Positions 15,126-34,743 of a DNA stretch of 64,000 bases are shown here, piece by piece. The stretch lies in assembly GCF_009914755.1 (NCBI RefSeq), contig NC_060927.1; one strand, written 5' to 3'. This stretch comes from the human T2T-CHM13v2.0 reference genome, Homo sapiens. The notes beneath the pieces were generated by a model that saw only the letters and a program-made list of their open reading frames with translations, was not told the origin of the DNA and did no database searches. Position 1 is the first letter of the stretch; each line of letters starts with the position of its first letter. A program made the position numbers and the translations under genes.

Positions 15126-15157
15126 ATAATTTCATCCCAGTTAAAATGGCTTTTATT

Positions 15158-16114
15158 GAAGGGAAGCATGTTTTGATCTGGATAGGAGTATTAAAAGATG
15201 TTAAATTGGGACTTTATTTTGGGTATTTGTTTTGTAAGACATCACAAAGGTGAAGAATAATATAACAGACATCAAGTGTCCTCTGATGAAATCATTTATT
15301 TTCTCCCTTCCTCCACTGCATTTTTGGGGATGGTGGTAGTACTGGAGGATTTTCAGAAGAAACAAGCTAACCCTATTGCCATTTGTCATATGTCACAAAA
15401 GTGAGGTGGGCCGGGGAGTGTACTGATTAACCCTATAACTTAGAAACATGGATTCTTGTGGAGGACAAACACTAATATGTCTTGGTGAATAACACAGCAG
15501 ATAAAATAGAGCGCAATCTGGTCATAAATCCCTTGACTAGTGCCATCAATTGCTATGAGAAATTCCCTGAGAAATTTCCGGACAATTCTGTTTCCTGGAT
15601 TCTGGGGGGTTTCTACCACTGAAGAACTCTGCCTGCTAGTGAGATGGCACATTGGTCAGGGTTCTTGTTGAAAGTAACAGAAGCCAGCTCTAACAGATAC
15701 AAGTGCAAAAGGAATTTATAGAAATACATCAGAAAAAGAAAAGTAGTTATACTGGGTAGTTCACAGAGAAACTGGGAAGCCAGGAGAACCAGGCTGGGGC
15801 TGTGCAGGTGGAAAATGTGCCCTCGATTATGCCACTGAACTAGTCCAGAGATATGCCTGGGACATCCATGGGAGCTTGAGGCTTGCAGTATGTGCTGGTG
15901 ACACTGCTGCTTGTGGACTCTGGTGTCACGGCTAGTGGTGCCATCAGAAGTAGGTGTTTTCTTTATTGCTTTTCTCAAATTTGGATGAGGTGAATCTGTA
16001 GCTCCACAGGATGGTGTAACGCCATTGAACATCTCACTGAATATCTTTTTGAAGTGTCCATTTTACTTGAATGTTTCATGCAAAAAATTTATGTTAAAAT
16101 TAATATGCATACTA
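15158..16114. other. TSD-flanked non-L1 insertion (~957 bp) containing an MLT1-like relic
   Basis: AAAATGGCTTTTATT at 15143-15157 and 16115-16129; host L1 resumes after the second copy. Confidence 0.8.
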
Positions 16115-17000
16115 AAAATGGCTTTTATTCAAAAGCCAGACAATAACAAATGCTGGCAGGGATATAGAGAAAAGGGAACTCTTGTACATCTTTTGTGGAA
16201 ATGTAAATTAGTGCAACCACTATGGAGAACAGTTTAGAGGTTCCTCAAATACCTAAAAGTTGAGCTACCATATGATCCTGCCATTCCACTGCTAGGTATA
16301 TACCCAAAAGAAAGGAAAACAGTATATCAAAGAGATATCTGTATTCCTGTGTTTATTGCAGCACTATTCACAATAGCTAAGATTCGGAAGCAATCTGTGT
16401 TCATCAACAGACAAATGGATAAAGAAAATTTGGTACTTATACACAATGTAGTACTTTTCAGCCATAAAAAAGAATGAGATTCTGTCATTTGCAATCACAT
16501 GGTAGGAACTGGAGTTCATTATGTAAGTGAAATAAGACTGGCACAGAAAGACAAACTTCACATTTTCTCACTTATTTGTGTGAACTAAACAATTAAAGCA
16601 ATATGACTCATGGAGATAGAGAGTAGAAGGATGGTTACCAGAGGCTGAGAAGGGTAGTGGGAGGGTGTGTGTAGGGGGAAGTGGGGATGATTAATTGGTA
16701 CAAAAAAATAGAAAGAATGAGTTAGACAGTATTTGCTGCACAACAGAGTGACTATAGTCAATAATAATTTAATTATACATTTATAAATAATTAAAAGAGG
16801 CTATTTGGGCTGACACTAAGAATAAATGCCTGAGGGGCTGGATACCCCATTTACCCTGATGTGGTTATTACACATTGTATTTCTGTATCAAAATATCTCA
16901 TAGAGCCCATACATATATACACCTACTTTGTACTCACAAAAATTAAAAATTAAAATTAAAAATATAAAAAGTTATTCTTCTCACAAAACACTATTATCAC

Positions 17001-17361
17001 TGTATTAGTCTGTTTTCACGTTGCTGGTGAAGACATACCTGAGACTGGGCAATTTACAAAAGAAAGAGATTTAGTGGACTCACAGTTCCACGTGATTGGG
17101 GAGGCCTCACAGTCATTTTGGAAGGCGAAAGGCACATCTCACATGGCAGCAGACGAGAGAAGAGAGCTTGTGCAGGGAGACTTCCGTTTTTAAAACCATC
17201 AGATCTCGTGAGACCCACTCACCGTCACAAGAACAGCTTGTGAAAGACCTGACTCTGAGGCAGAGTTCTTCGGTGGATTCAACCACCTCCCACCAGGTCC
17301 CTCCCACAACACGTGGGAATTCAAGATGAGATTTGGGTGGGGACACAGCCAAACCACATCA
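17001..17361 (-). mobile_element. THE1 solo LTR (THE1C-like)
   Basis: tgtattagtc...ggacacagccaaaccacatca; imperfect TSD atcac/attac. Confidence 0.9.
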
Positions 17362-18096
17362 ATTACTAATAAAAATAACTCCTTAAAGAAATAATTTATC
17401 TAGTAAATATTTAAAATCTCTTTCTTATCTCCTTCTTTTTAAAATTTTTTTTTGAACAAATAAGGTTGCCCTCCCTTGGTTGATCTAACTCTTACATGTC
17501 TTTTAATTAGTAGATTCCACTCTTCTTCATCTTTCTTTTTCCCCTCCCTTTATTTATTTATTTATTTCCTTGCAAATTGTTTGTGGAAGCAACTTGTTGT
17601 TTGTCCTGCAGAGATTCTGAGAGATTATATTTTGCTGCTTGTATCAACTATTTGACTTATTCTTTTATCTACATATTTTCTCTGCATTGATTATTAGAGC
17701 TATGTTCAGCTTATTATTTTTCTTTTGGTAAGAGAAAATTGTGGTGTTACCAGAAACCTTCTGGGGACTTACCAATATAGTGAAAAAAATTAATGTAATT
17801 TAGTTTGCCACAAGCAGAAATATTGAGGAAAAATATTTAGAAATATGAATACAATCATTCTACTTGCAATGTAAATACATTTATCTCAAAGTGGACACAG
17901 CCTGCACAAGTTGATCCTGGAAATGTTCCTTGCCTGTAATTATTTCCTGTTTATTCTAAAGCCCTGTTCTTGATATATTCCTCTTCTAAAAAAACCTATG
18001 TAAAAATCAGTCATACAAAAGAACACATATATGACATAATAAACATTAAGAGTAACAAAACATCCACCCCTATGCTTATCTTGTGCTTATATTCTT

Positions 18097-22004
<3,908 letters not shown>

Positions 22005-22297
22005 TGCTTATATTCTTAAATAAGAATAATAAAACATCCACCCCTATGCCAGTATCTTTGATGTTCCTTGGCGTCCTTCCCTAATTGCATCCTTTTTATT
22101 CTCTTCCAGGTGTTTATAATTCCCTTGGTTTTCTTCATAATTTCACCACATAAATGTGAGTTTTAAAATAATATATTTAAAATTTTTCTTGTTTACCAAA
22201 ACTTTATTTAAATGATATAATGTATGTTTCAATTATATATGATATTTCTGTGACTTGCTTTTTTTGCTCAGTAGTATGCCTTTTTGATTTGCCTAGG

Positions 22298-22529
22298 TTA
22301 GGGTTTCTCAACCTCCACACTACTGAAATTTTGGACTGGACGATTCTTTGTTGTGACAGTCTGTCCTGTGCATCATAGGATGTTAGGTGCATAACTAGTC
22401 TCTAGCCATTAGATGCCAGTGACTTGACCCTAGCCGTGGCAATCACAAGTGTGTCCAGACATTGCCAAATGTCACCTGGGTGTTTGAGTTTGTGTTGGGG
22501 TGGCAGATTCCCTCGGTTGAAAAGTATTG
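22298..22529 (+). mobile_element. MER20 (hAT-Charlie MITE) inside an old L1ME-like relic
   Basis: gggtttctcaacct...tccagacattgccaaatgtc...ggttga. Confidence 0.8.
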
Positions 22530-23354
22530 GTCTATGTTGCTGTGTATGGATGAATTTCATTCAATTTCACTGATACAGATCATTTTATTAATATTACCTG
22601 AATATGCACCTGTTGATTTATCCATTCTTCTGTTGATGAAATTTGCATTTTCCCATGGTTTAGCTATTACAAACCATGCTATTGTGAATGTATCTATGCA
22701 TAGCCCCTGGTATGTGTGTACTATAATTCTTCTAGGGGTGCATATCTAAGGATTAAAATATTGGCTTATGAAGTTTACCCATCTTCAACTTCAAAGATTA
22801 GGCAAAAACATTTTACAACTTTCTCTTTTTTTAAATTTACAGACAAGACAGACAGACAGACACATACACACACATGCACACATTTCCTAATCTCTTGTTT
22901 TGTAAATATTATAACACAGGACAATAGTATGCATGCACCCAATAGAAACAAACATGATGGTAAAGTCAAAGTTTCTTTTCTAAGATGCTAGAAGATGATC
23001 AGTTCAGTTTAGCATTTCTGGAACTCAAAATCTCACATCTATCTCCCCATAAATTGTGGTGTGGGAAATAATACCAAGGATGGAGCAAAAAAGAATTGTG
23101 AAGCTCTAAAATTTTCCTTCGTTTATTCAGTATGTAATTGCTGCTCCTCTACTATCTGCTTGGCACTGTCAGAGTCATCATGGTGAATAAAACACCATTC
23201 CTTCCTCAAGAAACTCGTATTAGTCAGCTAGAAATATATTAACAATTAAATTTAAAATAACAAGATATGAACAAAGAAAAAGGACCAGAAGAGTACAAAT
23301 GAAGTGCCAAATTCAGTTAAAAGGGTAAAGAATAACTTCACCTAAGAGTGGCAT

Positions 23355-23600
23355 TCATTCATTCATTAACTCAACACATATTTATTGTGTTCTTACTGTG
23401 CTCCTGGCACCGTTTTGGGACTGTTAATATCCTGCTGTGTCAACAAAGCAGTCACACTCTCATGGAGCTGACATTCTAGTTAGGGGGAGACAGACAGTAA
23501 GCAAACACAAATCACCCTGAGGTAGAACTCAGCTAGGCGTATGTGGGGAATAGGGAGATTAATAGGAGAGCTGGGCTTTGAAGGGTCACTAGGAGTTTTT
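23355..23600 (-). mobile_element. L2 relic
   Basis: cattcattcattcatt...catatttattg...ctcatggagctgacattctagt. Confidence 0.65.
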
Positions 23601-24204
23601 GTGGTGGTTGTAGGGAATACGGGCAGCAGGAATATCATGTAGAAGCACAGAATATCCAAGAGTAGGGAATAGGGGGTTGTTCTGGCTTCTTAGGTATGTG
23701 GAAAAGGCAAAGGATAGGAAGGATTTTCTGGGAGAAGAGATGGGATTGAAAGAGGAGATGGGGTATAGAATGCTTATTATTAAAAAAAAAAAAAACCTTC
23801 AAACATGCCACAAAAGTAGAGGAAATACTATACTGAACCCCTGTATCTCAATTGCCTAGATTTTATAATTATCAAGAATTTGCCCTCTTCCTTCTTCTAT
23901 CCTCCTTTCTTCTTCTCCTCCTCCTCTTTTTTGCTAAAATATTTAAAGCAAATCTCAGACATTATGTAATTTCCCTAACATAACTCAGAATATATTTCTA
24001 GAGTTACATGAATTTTTGAAAATATAACCATAACATCATTATCACATTTGCCAAATTTAATGAAATTTCCTTGCAACATTCAATAGCCAACCCATATTGA
24101 AATTTAGCACATTGTCTGAACCAATTTTTAAACTGATTGATGTATTCAAATGATTATCTAAATGAGTTCTACCGTTTGTATTTGGCTATTAAGTCTTTAA
24201 TCTT

Positions 24205-24521
24205 TATTTTATTTATTTATGTTTTTTGAGACAGGGTCTCACTCTGTTGCCCAGGCTGAAGTGCAGTGGCATGATCATGGCTTCACAGCTCACTACAGCC
24301 TTGACCACCTGGGCTCAAGAAATCCTCCCACCTCAGCCTCCTGAGTGGCTGGGAATACAGGTGCATGCCACCGCCATGCCTGGCTAATTTTTGTGTGTTT
24401 TTGTAGAGACAGGATTTTGCTATTTTACCCAGCCTGGTCTTGAACTCTTGGGCTCAAGTGATCTGCCCACCTTGACCTCCCAAAGTGTTGGGATTACAGG
24501 CTTGAGCCACTGTGCCTGGCC
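24205..24521 (-). mobile_element. AluJ
   Basis: Dimer; TSD aagtctttaatcttta/aaatctttaatcttta. Confidence 0.92.
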
Positions 24522-24604
24522 TAAATCTTTAATCTTTAAAAAATTTCTTTTGACATGGAACTCATTAGTTAGAACTAAAGATTTGAGTAGATTTAGGTCC
24601 ATCA

Positions 24605-24966
24605 TTTTTGGTTTGGCTCTGTGTCCCCACCCAAATGTCATGTTGAATTGTAATCCCCACATGTTAGGGGAGGGGCCTGGTGGGAGGTGATTGGATCATG
24701 GGGGCGGATTTCCCCCTTGCTGGTCTTGTGATAGTGAGTGAATTTTCACAAGATCTAATCATTTAAACATGTGTAGTACCTCCCCCTTCTCTTTCTCTCT
24801 CCTGCTGCCATATAAGACATGCCTTGCTTCCCCTTCACCTTCTACCACAATTGTAAGTTTCCTGAAGCCTCAGCCATGCAGAACTGTGAATCAATTAAAC
24901 CTCTTTTCTTTATAAATTACCCAGTCTCAGGCAGTTCTTTATAGCAGTGTGAAAACAGACTATTCA
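24605..24966 (+). mobile_element. MSTA-like solo LTR
   Basis: gtttggctctgtgtccccacccaaat...attaaacctcttttctttataaattacccagtctcagg. Confidence 0.85.
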
Positions 24967-26039
24967 TAAGTGACACTTCATAAATGGTCTTGGATGACAC
25001 TTCACAAGTGGTCTTGGATGCTGCCTGTGTTTCATGTCATGAAGCATATATTTTTGGTAGCCCTAATTTAATGATGCAAAGATTAATCATTGAAATTCAC
25101 ATGGTGACACTGTTTCTCTCATATATAAGTTCACTGTGGAACTTTCATTTATTTTTTTCACCAGCTGTTTTTTTAAGCTATAAACATTTTGTAGAGAAGT
25201 TTCATTCTTTAGTTATATCCCTTTGGTTATCCAAAATAAACTTCACAAAAAAGGTTAGATAATTTCTCAATTCTTTCCCTAAAGTTCTACCTTAGAAAGA
25301 GTGTTTGGGGTCTCAGTTACTGCCAGTGGTGACCAGTGTTCTGCCTTTCTCTCTCATACACATTAAAAACTCATGTGTTTTTATATATTCATGTGTATGA
25401 ACCAATACAGTTATTATCAAACTGTTTTTCAATGGCGATAATAATGAGCTGCTCTGGGATTTGAGAAAAGAATGATATGGATTTCAAGAAAATAGGAAAT
25501 TACTAGGTAGAAGAAGTTAAAACTCTGCATACAAAAATGCTGAGATGGAACTGAGGGAATTGGTCATCTCTCTTTATCACCAATAGAACTGCACTGAGAC
25601 TCTCTATACGATCAAAGGTGATGTTTAAGCTCCAGGTAATGCCTAGTTGCTTTCACAGGTGATTTAATGCAACATAGATAAATCATAAGAGAAACACAAC
25701 ATTGTCCTTTGGGGTTGATTCTGAGGAAGAAATAGGGAATACAATAAAGATAGTGAAGGGAAAGCTGAAATGCTATATACTAAAAAAATGGGGATTAAAG
25801 TTCTGCTCAGGTATTCTACCACCCACTACAGTCTAGTACAAAATTCCATTTCCAAATGAAATGATTCATATACAGGCCACTAGAGTAATGAAGAATACTT
25901 CCTTTGACTAATACAACATAGACCATTGGATCCTAGACATCATATTCTGAATTTCTCATTTCACCAGTGTGGAAACTGAGTCTACAAGATATTGTTAATA
26001 ATAATTCACACAATAAAAGGACAATTTTCCTGAAAAATT

Positions 26040-27159
26040 ATCTCTACTAGATTTTTCCCATCAGCATAAAAGGTGCTGTTATTTCTCTTTTCTTAAAACA
26101 CATACACATACCTTTTAGTTCTAGTTCTCCCCATAGGTTTATAGATAAACTGGAAATAGTTCCTGGGTTCTGACGTCCTAATTCTATACGTAATATTTCA
26201 TTTTACTTCACCACTTGTCTGTCTAATGCAAACCTCAAACTTAACATGGCCATAACAGAACTCTTAATCTTTCTCCCCAGTCTTCACGTCCATCTCTTCA
26301 CACTCTAGCGACAACATCATTCTTGCAGTTGCTTAGACCAGATACATTTGGGTTATCCTTGGCTCTTTCTCACTTGATATCTTTTCCACTGGGCAACCCT
26401 GCACTATGTACCTTTCCAATATTCTAGAAACGTTTTGCCACCTTTGCTATAACCATCCTGGTCTGAGCCACCATCATTTCTCACTGCAATTGAAAAGCCT
26501 GTTAACACATTCTCTCTATCCATTACAGTCTAGTCTCAACACAGCTGTCAGTGATCTTTACAAAAGTCATATTCTTTCACTGCTTTTGCTCAAGAGTCTC
26601 TAATGACCTTTTACCTCACACTGAGTAAAAGGCAAAGTCATTATAATGATCTACAAGGCCCTGTTTTATCTGACTGTTGTTACTTTTCTGACCTCATCTG
26701 CTTCTCTCCCCATCTAATTACTGTCCTTTGGTCACACTTACCTCCCTGCTTATCCTAGACTGCTTGCTCCTTCTTCTTACACACATTCACTCCTCTATCT
26801 CTGGTTCTTTTTCTCCAAATACCTGGTTGGATGTCTTCCGTACTTCTCTTGTCCTCGTCCATCCACTACTCAGTGAAGCCCTACCTGATTGCTCTGTTTA
26901 AAATCTTCATCCCTATCACCTATCAATAGTTAGCTCTCTCTTCTACTTTAGTTTTTTTCCATTAAATTTATCATCTTCTGCTACATAAAACTCAAAAAAA
27001 TGAAATCAGTAATCAACTGAAAAAAATCCACTGATATGGCAGCTTTATGTGATTAAATAAAGAATTTGTTTACTTGCTGTATTTCCCACTGGAATGTAAA
27101 CTCTATACTTCTCATTAGTGACTGGTATAAAATAAGCATTCAATAACTGTTGGCTGAAT
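26040..27159 (+). mobile_element. L2 relic; its 3' tail is split by the downstream L1
   Basis: ctcaaacttaacatgg..., caataactgttggctgaat; tail resumes ~29940 (ggctgaatgaataaatg). Confidence 0.7.
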
Positions 27160-29930
<2,771 letters not shown>

Positions 29931-30219
29931 TCAAAAGCCAAATTATTGGCTAAACGGCTGAATGAATAAATGGCCAATCTGGAGACTTCTATCATGTAGA
30001 AAAGAAAGAAAATAAATTCAGTAGTAAAGCTGGACATAATTCATATTGAGACTTTTTGATAAATGATTTGAATACCTTGGAAAGAAGAGATTCTTGTCCT
30101 GAAGTAACCTATTTTATTTTCTTCAAGACTATGGCATCTTTCTCATTATCTGACTTTTAAAGAATTAATTCTCCAAAGTTTATGGGTTTAGATGTCAGTG
30201 AGGGATGGATTTCAGATGT

Positions 30220-30680
30220 CAGGGCAGAGTGCTGGTTCGCTTATTAAATCCATTCATTTCTTGTTCCATTGCAATAGAGCCCTGATTTTAAACAGTGAGG
30301 CAAAATGTACAGCTAAGACACCAAATTTTATAGCTATTGATAACTAGACTTGGCCAATGAAATATAAGTGGAAGATGTTTCCAAGAGCTCTTTAAATCAA
30401 GCTACCTTGGCTGGAGACACTCTGTTTGCATTTCTCCTCCCTTCCCCCTTTTTTCCAATCTAAAGTTCAACAAATATTTCCAGGAGTTTCAGTAATCCTA
30501 CTGAATTAGGATGTAACTTGAGGATGAAAGCCTTTTCTCAAGTGGCAGAATACAAAGATGAAATAAATATGGTCTAATGATTGATGTCACAGAGCTGCCA
30601 TTCACATTCTGGACTGTCTACATCTGGACATGTCTTATATGCAAAAAAAAGCCATATATTTTTCTCAGCTACTGTTTTTG
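30220..30680 (+). mobile_element. Old MLT1 (J/I-like) LTR relic
   Basis: gagctgcca...ctggactgtctacatctggac motif. Confidence 0.5.
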
Positions 30681-30684
30681 ATTT

Positions 30685-33232
30685 TTGTTTTGAGACAGGT
30701 CTCACTCTGTAACACAGGCCGGAGTGCAGTGGCATAATCACGGCTCACTGTGGCCTTGACCTCCCCAGGCTCAGGTGATCCTCCTGCTTCAGTCTCCTGA
30801 GTAGTTGGCACTACAGGTGCATACCACCACACTCAGTGATATGGTTTGGCTGTGTCCCCACCCAAATTTCATCTTGAATTGTAGTTCCCACAATCCTCAA
30901 GTGTCGTGGGAGGGACCCTGTTGGAGGTAATTGAATCATGCGGGTGGGTTTACCCATGCTGTTCTCATGATAGTCAATAAGTCTCATGAGATCTGATGAT
31001 TTTATAAAGGGCAGTTCCCCTGCACATGCTCTCTTGCCTGCCTCTGTGTAAGATGTGCCTGTCTTCTTTTTTTGCCTAACACTATGATTGTGAGGTCTCC
31101 CCAGCCATGTGGAACTGTAAGTCTATTAAACCTCTTTTTCTTTATAAATTACCCAGTCTTGGGTATTCTTTCATAGTATGAAAATGGACCCAAGTGGTCA
31201 ATTTTCTGATTGACCAAGTACTGGTCAAGTGGGATGCTGCTGTAAAGATACACAACAATGTGGAAATGACTTTGGAACTGGGTAACAGGCAGAGGTTGGA
31301 GCAATTTGGAGGGCTTAGTAGAAGATAGGAAAATGTGGGAAAGTTTGGAACTTTCTAGAGGCTTGGAGGACTCAGAAGACAGGAAGATGTGGGAAAGTAT
31401 GGAACTTCCTAGAGACTTGTTGGGTGGCTTTTACCAAAATGCTGATAGTGATATGAATAATAAAGTCCAGGCTAAGTGGTCTCAGATGAAGATGAAGAAC
31501 TTGTTGGGAACTGGAGTAAAGGTCACTCTTGCTATGCAAAGAAACTGGTGTCATTTTGCCCTTGACCTAGAGATCTGTGGAACTTTGAACTTGAGAGAGA
31601 TGATTTGGCGTATCTGGTGGAAGAAATGTCTAAGCAGCAAAGTGTTCAAGAGGAAGCAGAACATAAAAGTTTGAAAAATTTGCAGCCTGACGATGCAGTA
31701 GAAAAGAAAAACCCATTTTCTGGGGAGAAGTTCAAGCTGGTAGCAGAAATTTTCATAAGTAATGAGGAGCCAATTGCTAATCACCAAGACAATGGGGAAA
31801 ATGTCTGCAGGACATATCAGAGAACTTTGTGGCAGTCCCTCCCATTACAGGCCCAGAGGCCTAGGAGGAAAAAAGGGTTTCCTGGGCTGGGTCTGGGGCC
31901 CCCCCTGCTACATGCAGCCTCAGGACTTGGTGCCCTGTGTCCCAGCTGCTTTAGCTGTGGCTAAAAGGGGCCAAGGTACTGCTCAGGCTGTGGCTTTGGA
32001 GGGTGCAAGCCCCAAGCCTTGACAGCTTCCACATGGTACTGGTCCTGTGGGTGGGCAGAAGACAAGAATTGAGGTTTGGGAACCTCCACCTAGATTTCAG
32101 AGGATGTATAGAAATGCCTGGATCTCGAGGCAGAAATTGTTTGCAGGGGCAGTACGAACCTGGAGGACCTCTGCTAGGACAGTGCAGAAGGGAAATGTGG
32201 GGTGGGAGCCCCCAAACAGAGTCCCCACTGGGGCACTGCCTAGTGGAGCTGTGAGAAGAGGGTGACTGTTCTCCAGACCCCAAAATGATAGATCCACCCA
32301 CAGCTTGCACTGTGCACCTGGAAAAGCTGCAAACACTCAATGGCAGCCCATGAAAGCAGCCAGGAGGGGGACTGTGCCCTGCAAAGCTACAGGGGTGGAG
32401 CTGCCCATGACCATAGAAACCTACCTCTTGCATCAGTATGACCTGGATGTGAAACATGGAGTCAAAGGAGATCATTTTGGAGCTTTAAGATTTGACTGCT
32501 CCTCTGGATTTCAGACTTGCGTGGGGCCTGTAGCTTCTTTGTTTTTGCCAATTTCTCCCACTTGGAATGGTTGTATTTACCCAATGTTTGTACCCCCATT
32601 GTTATCTAGGAAGTAACTAACTTGCTGTTGATTTTTCAGGCTCATAGGTGGAAGACATTTGCCTTGTCTCAGATGAGACTTTGGGTTGTGGACTTTTGAG
32701 TTAATGCTGAAATGGGAAGGGCCAGGGGTAGAATGATGTGGTTTGGCTGTGTCCCCACCCAAATCTCATTTTGAATTGTAGCTCCCATAATCCCCACATG
32801 TTGTGGGAGGGACCTGGTTGGAGGTAACTGAATCATGAGGGCAGGTTTTTCCATGCTATTCTTATGATACTGAATAAGTCTCATGATATCTGATAGTTTT
32901 ATGAAAGGCAGTTCCCCTGCACACACTCTCTTGCCTGCTGCCATGTAAGACGTGCCTTTCCTACTCCTTTGCCTTCCACCATGATCATGAGGCCTTCCCA
33001 GCCATGTCGAACTGTGGGTGTATTAAACCTCTTTTTCTTTATAAATTATCCACCCTTGGGTATTTCCTGATAGCAGTATGCAAATGGACTAATACACCTG
33101 CCTATTTTTTTTTTTGTATTTTTTGTAGAGATGGGGTTTCTCCATGTTGCCCAGGCTGGTCTGGAACTCCTGGGCTCGGTGATCGGCCTGCCTTGGCCTC
33201 CCAAAGTGCTAGGATTACAGGAGTGAACCACC
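30685..33232 (-). mobile_element. AluJ split by a THE1 insertion (parts 30685-30836 and 33097-33232)
   Basis: Right arm ends ...caccacactcag; middle A-linker and left arm resume after the LTR. Confidence 0.88.
30837..33096 (+). mobile_element. Two-LTR THE1D element (5'LTR 30837-~31190, internal, 3'LTR 32734-33096)
   Basis: Two similar LTRs (tgatatggtttggctgtgtcccc...), THE1 internal ORF remnants, purine-rich PPT before the 3'LTR. Confidence 0.93.
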
Positions 33233-33322
33233 ATTGGTTTAATATGTTTATTGTCTTTTTTTTCTTTTTCTTTTTTTAATAGTGTGAGGCAGCTCTGTTA
33301 CTCATAGCTGCTTGCAGCTCTT

Positions 33323-34082
33323 TATTTTTTATTTTTAAATTTTTTTGTTATTTAGTTTTTATTTCATAATCATAAACTTAACTCTGCAATCCAGCTAGGC
33401 CTGGAAGGGAACAAGGAAAACAGGGAACAAAAAGGGAACTGAAGCGAGAGCACAAAGATTCTAGGATACTTTGAGCAAATGGGGTGGAGGGGTGTTTGCC
33501 TGAGCTACAGAAAGAATGGGCTGGTGGTTAAGATGAAACACAAATCAAACTTATTAGAGTTGTCCACAGTCTGCAATAGTGATCTTCTTGCTGGTCTTGC
33601 CATTTCTGGACCCAAAGCGCTCCATGGCTTCCACAATATTCTTGCCTTCTTTTACCTTGCTGAAGACCATGTACTTGCCATCCAGCCACTCAGTCTTGCC
33701 AGTGCAGATGAAAAACTGGGAACCATTGGTGTTGGGTCCACCAGTTTCCATGGACAAGATGCCACGACCTGTATGCTTTAGGATGACGTTCTTGTCATCA
33801 AATTTCTCCCCACAGATGGATTTGCCACCAGTGCCATTATGGCGTGTGAACTTGCCACACTGACACATAAACCCTGGAATAATTCTGTGAAAGCAGGAAC
33901 CCTTATAACCAAATCCTTTCTCTCCAGTGCACAAAGGTTTTCTGCTGTCTTTGGAATCTTGCAGACAAGATTCCAAAGGAGACGTGACCCAAGGGCTCAC
34001 CATCAACAGCGATGTCAAAGAACATGGTGAGGTTGACCGTGGCTGATAGTATGGGGCTCCCAGTGGTGGTGGCGTCTGCAAA
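33323..34082 (-). pseudogene. PPIA: Processed pseudogene of peptidyl-prolyl isomerase A (cyclophilin A, PPIA)
   Basis: Intronless; peptides [13 protein letters not shown] and [22 protein letters not shown]...ITIADCGQL in different frames; start ATG>ACG (34038-34040); 3'UTR, AATAAA and decayed poly-A; TSD gcttgcagctctt/gcctgcagttctt. Confidence 0.96.
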
Positions 34083-34434
34083 GCCTGCAGTTCTTAACAA
34101 AAAGAATGGTGTTGTCATGTTAACAAGAAAATTCAAAAGGTATACCTAATAGAAAATATGAAACATTTAGAAGAAATTCTGCCTTACCTATTTTTGTACA
34201 TAAGTCATACCTAATACTAAAATATCTCAAGAAAATGGTTGGAGAAACTCCTAATTACAGATAAGTTTCTAACTTACATATGAAAAGATCAATTTATGGC
34301 ATAGCTTCTATTCTTTTTCTTTTCACAGCTTTATTGATGTATGTTTTATATAGCATAAAATTCATCCATTTTAAGTGTACAATTCAATTTAGTATATTCA
34401 CAGAGTTGTGCCACCATTTCCAATTTAATTTTAG

Positions 34435-34743
<309 letters not shown>

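Noticed and set aside
15613-16032. 139-aa ORF within the orphan insertion
   Set aside because: Overlaps the MLT1-like relic; no recognisable protein features
24971-25018. 24-bp tandem duplication next to the MSTA LTR
   Set aside because: Ordinary slippage duplication with no further structure
31306-32616. Cluster of overlapping ORFs
   Set aside because: Fragments of the THE1 internal region, broken by frameshifts and stops
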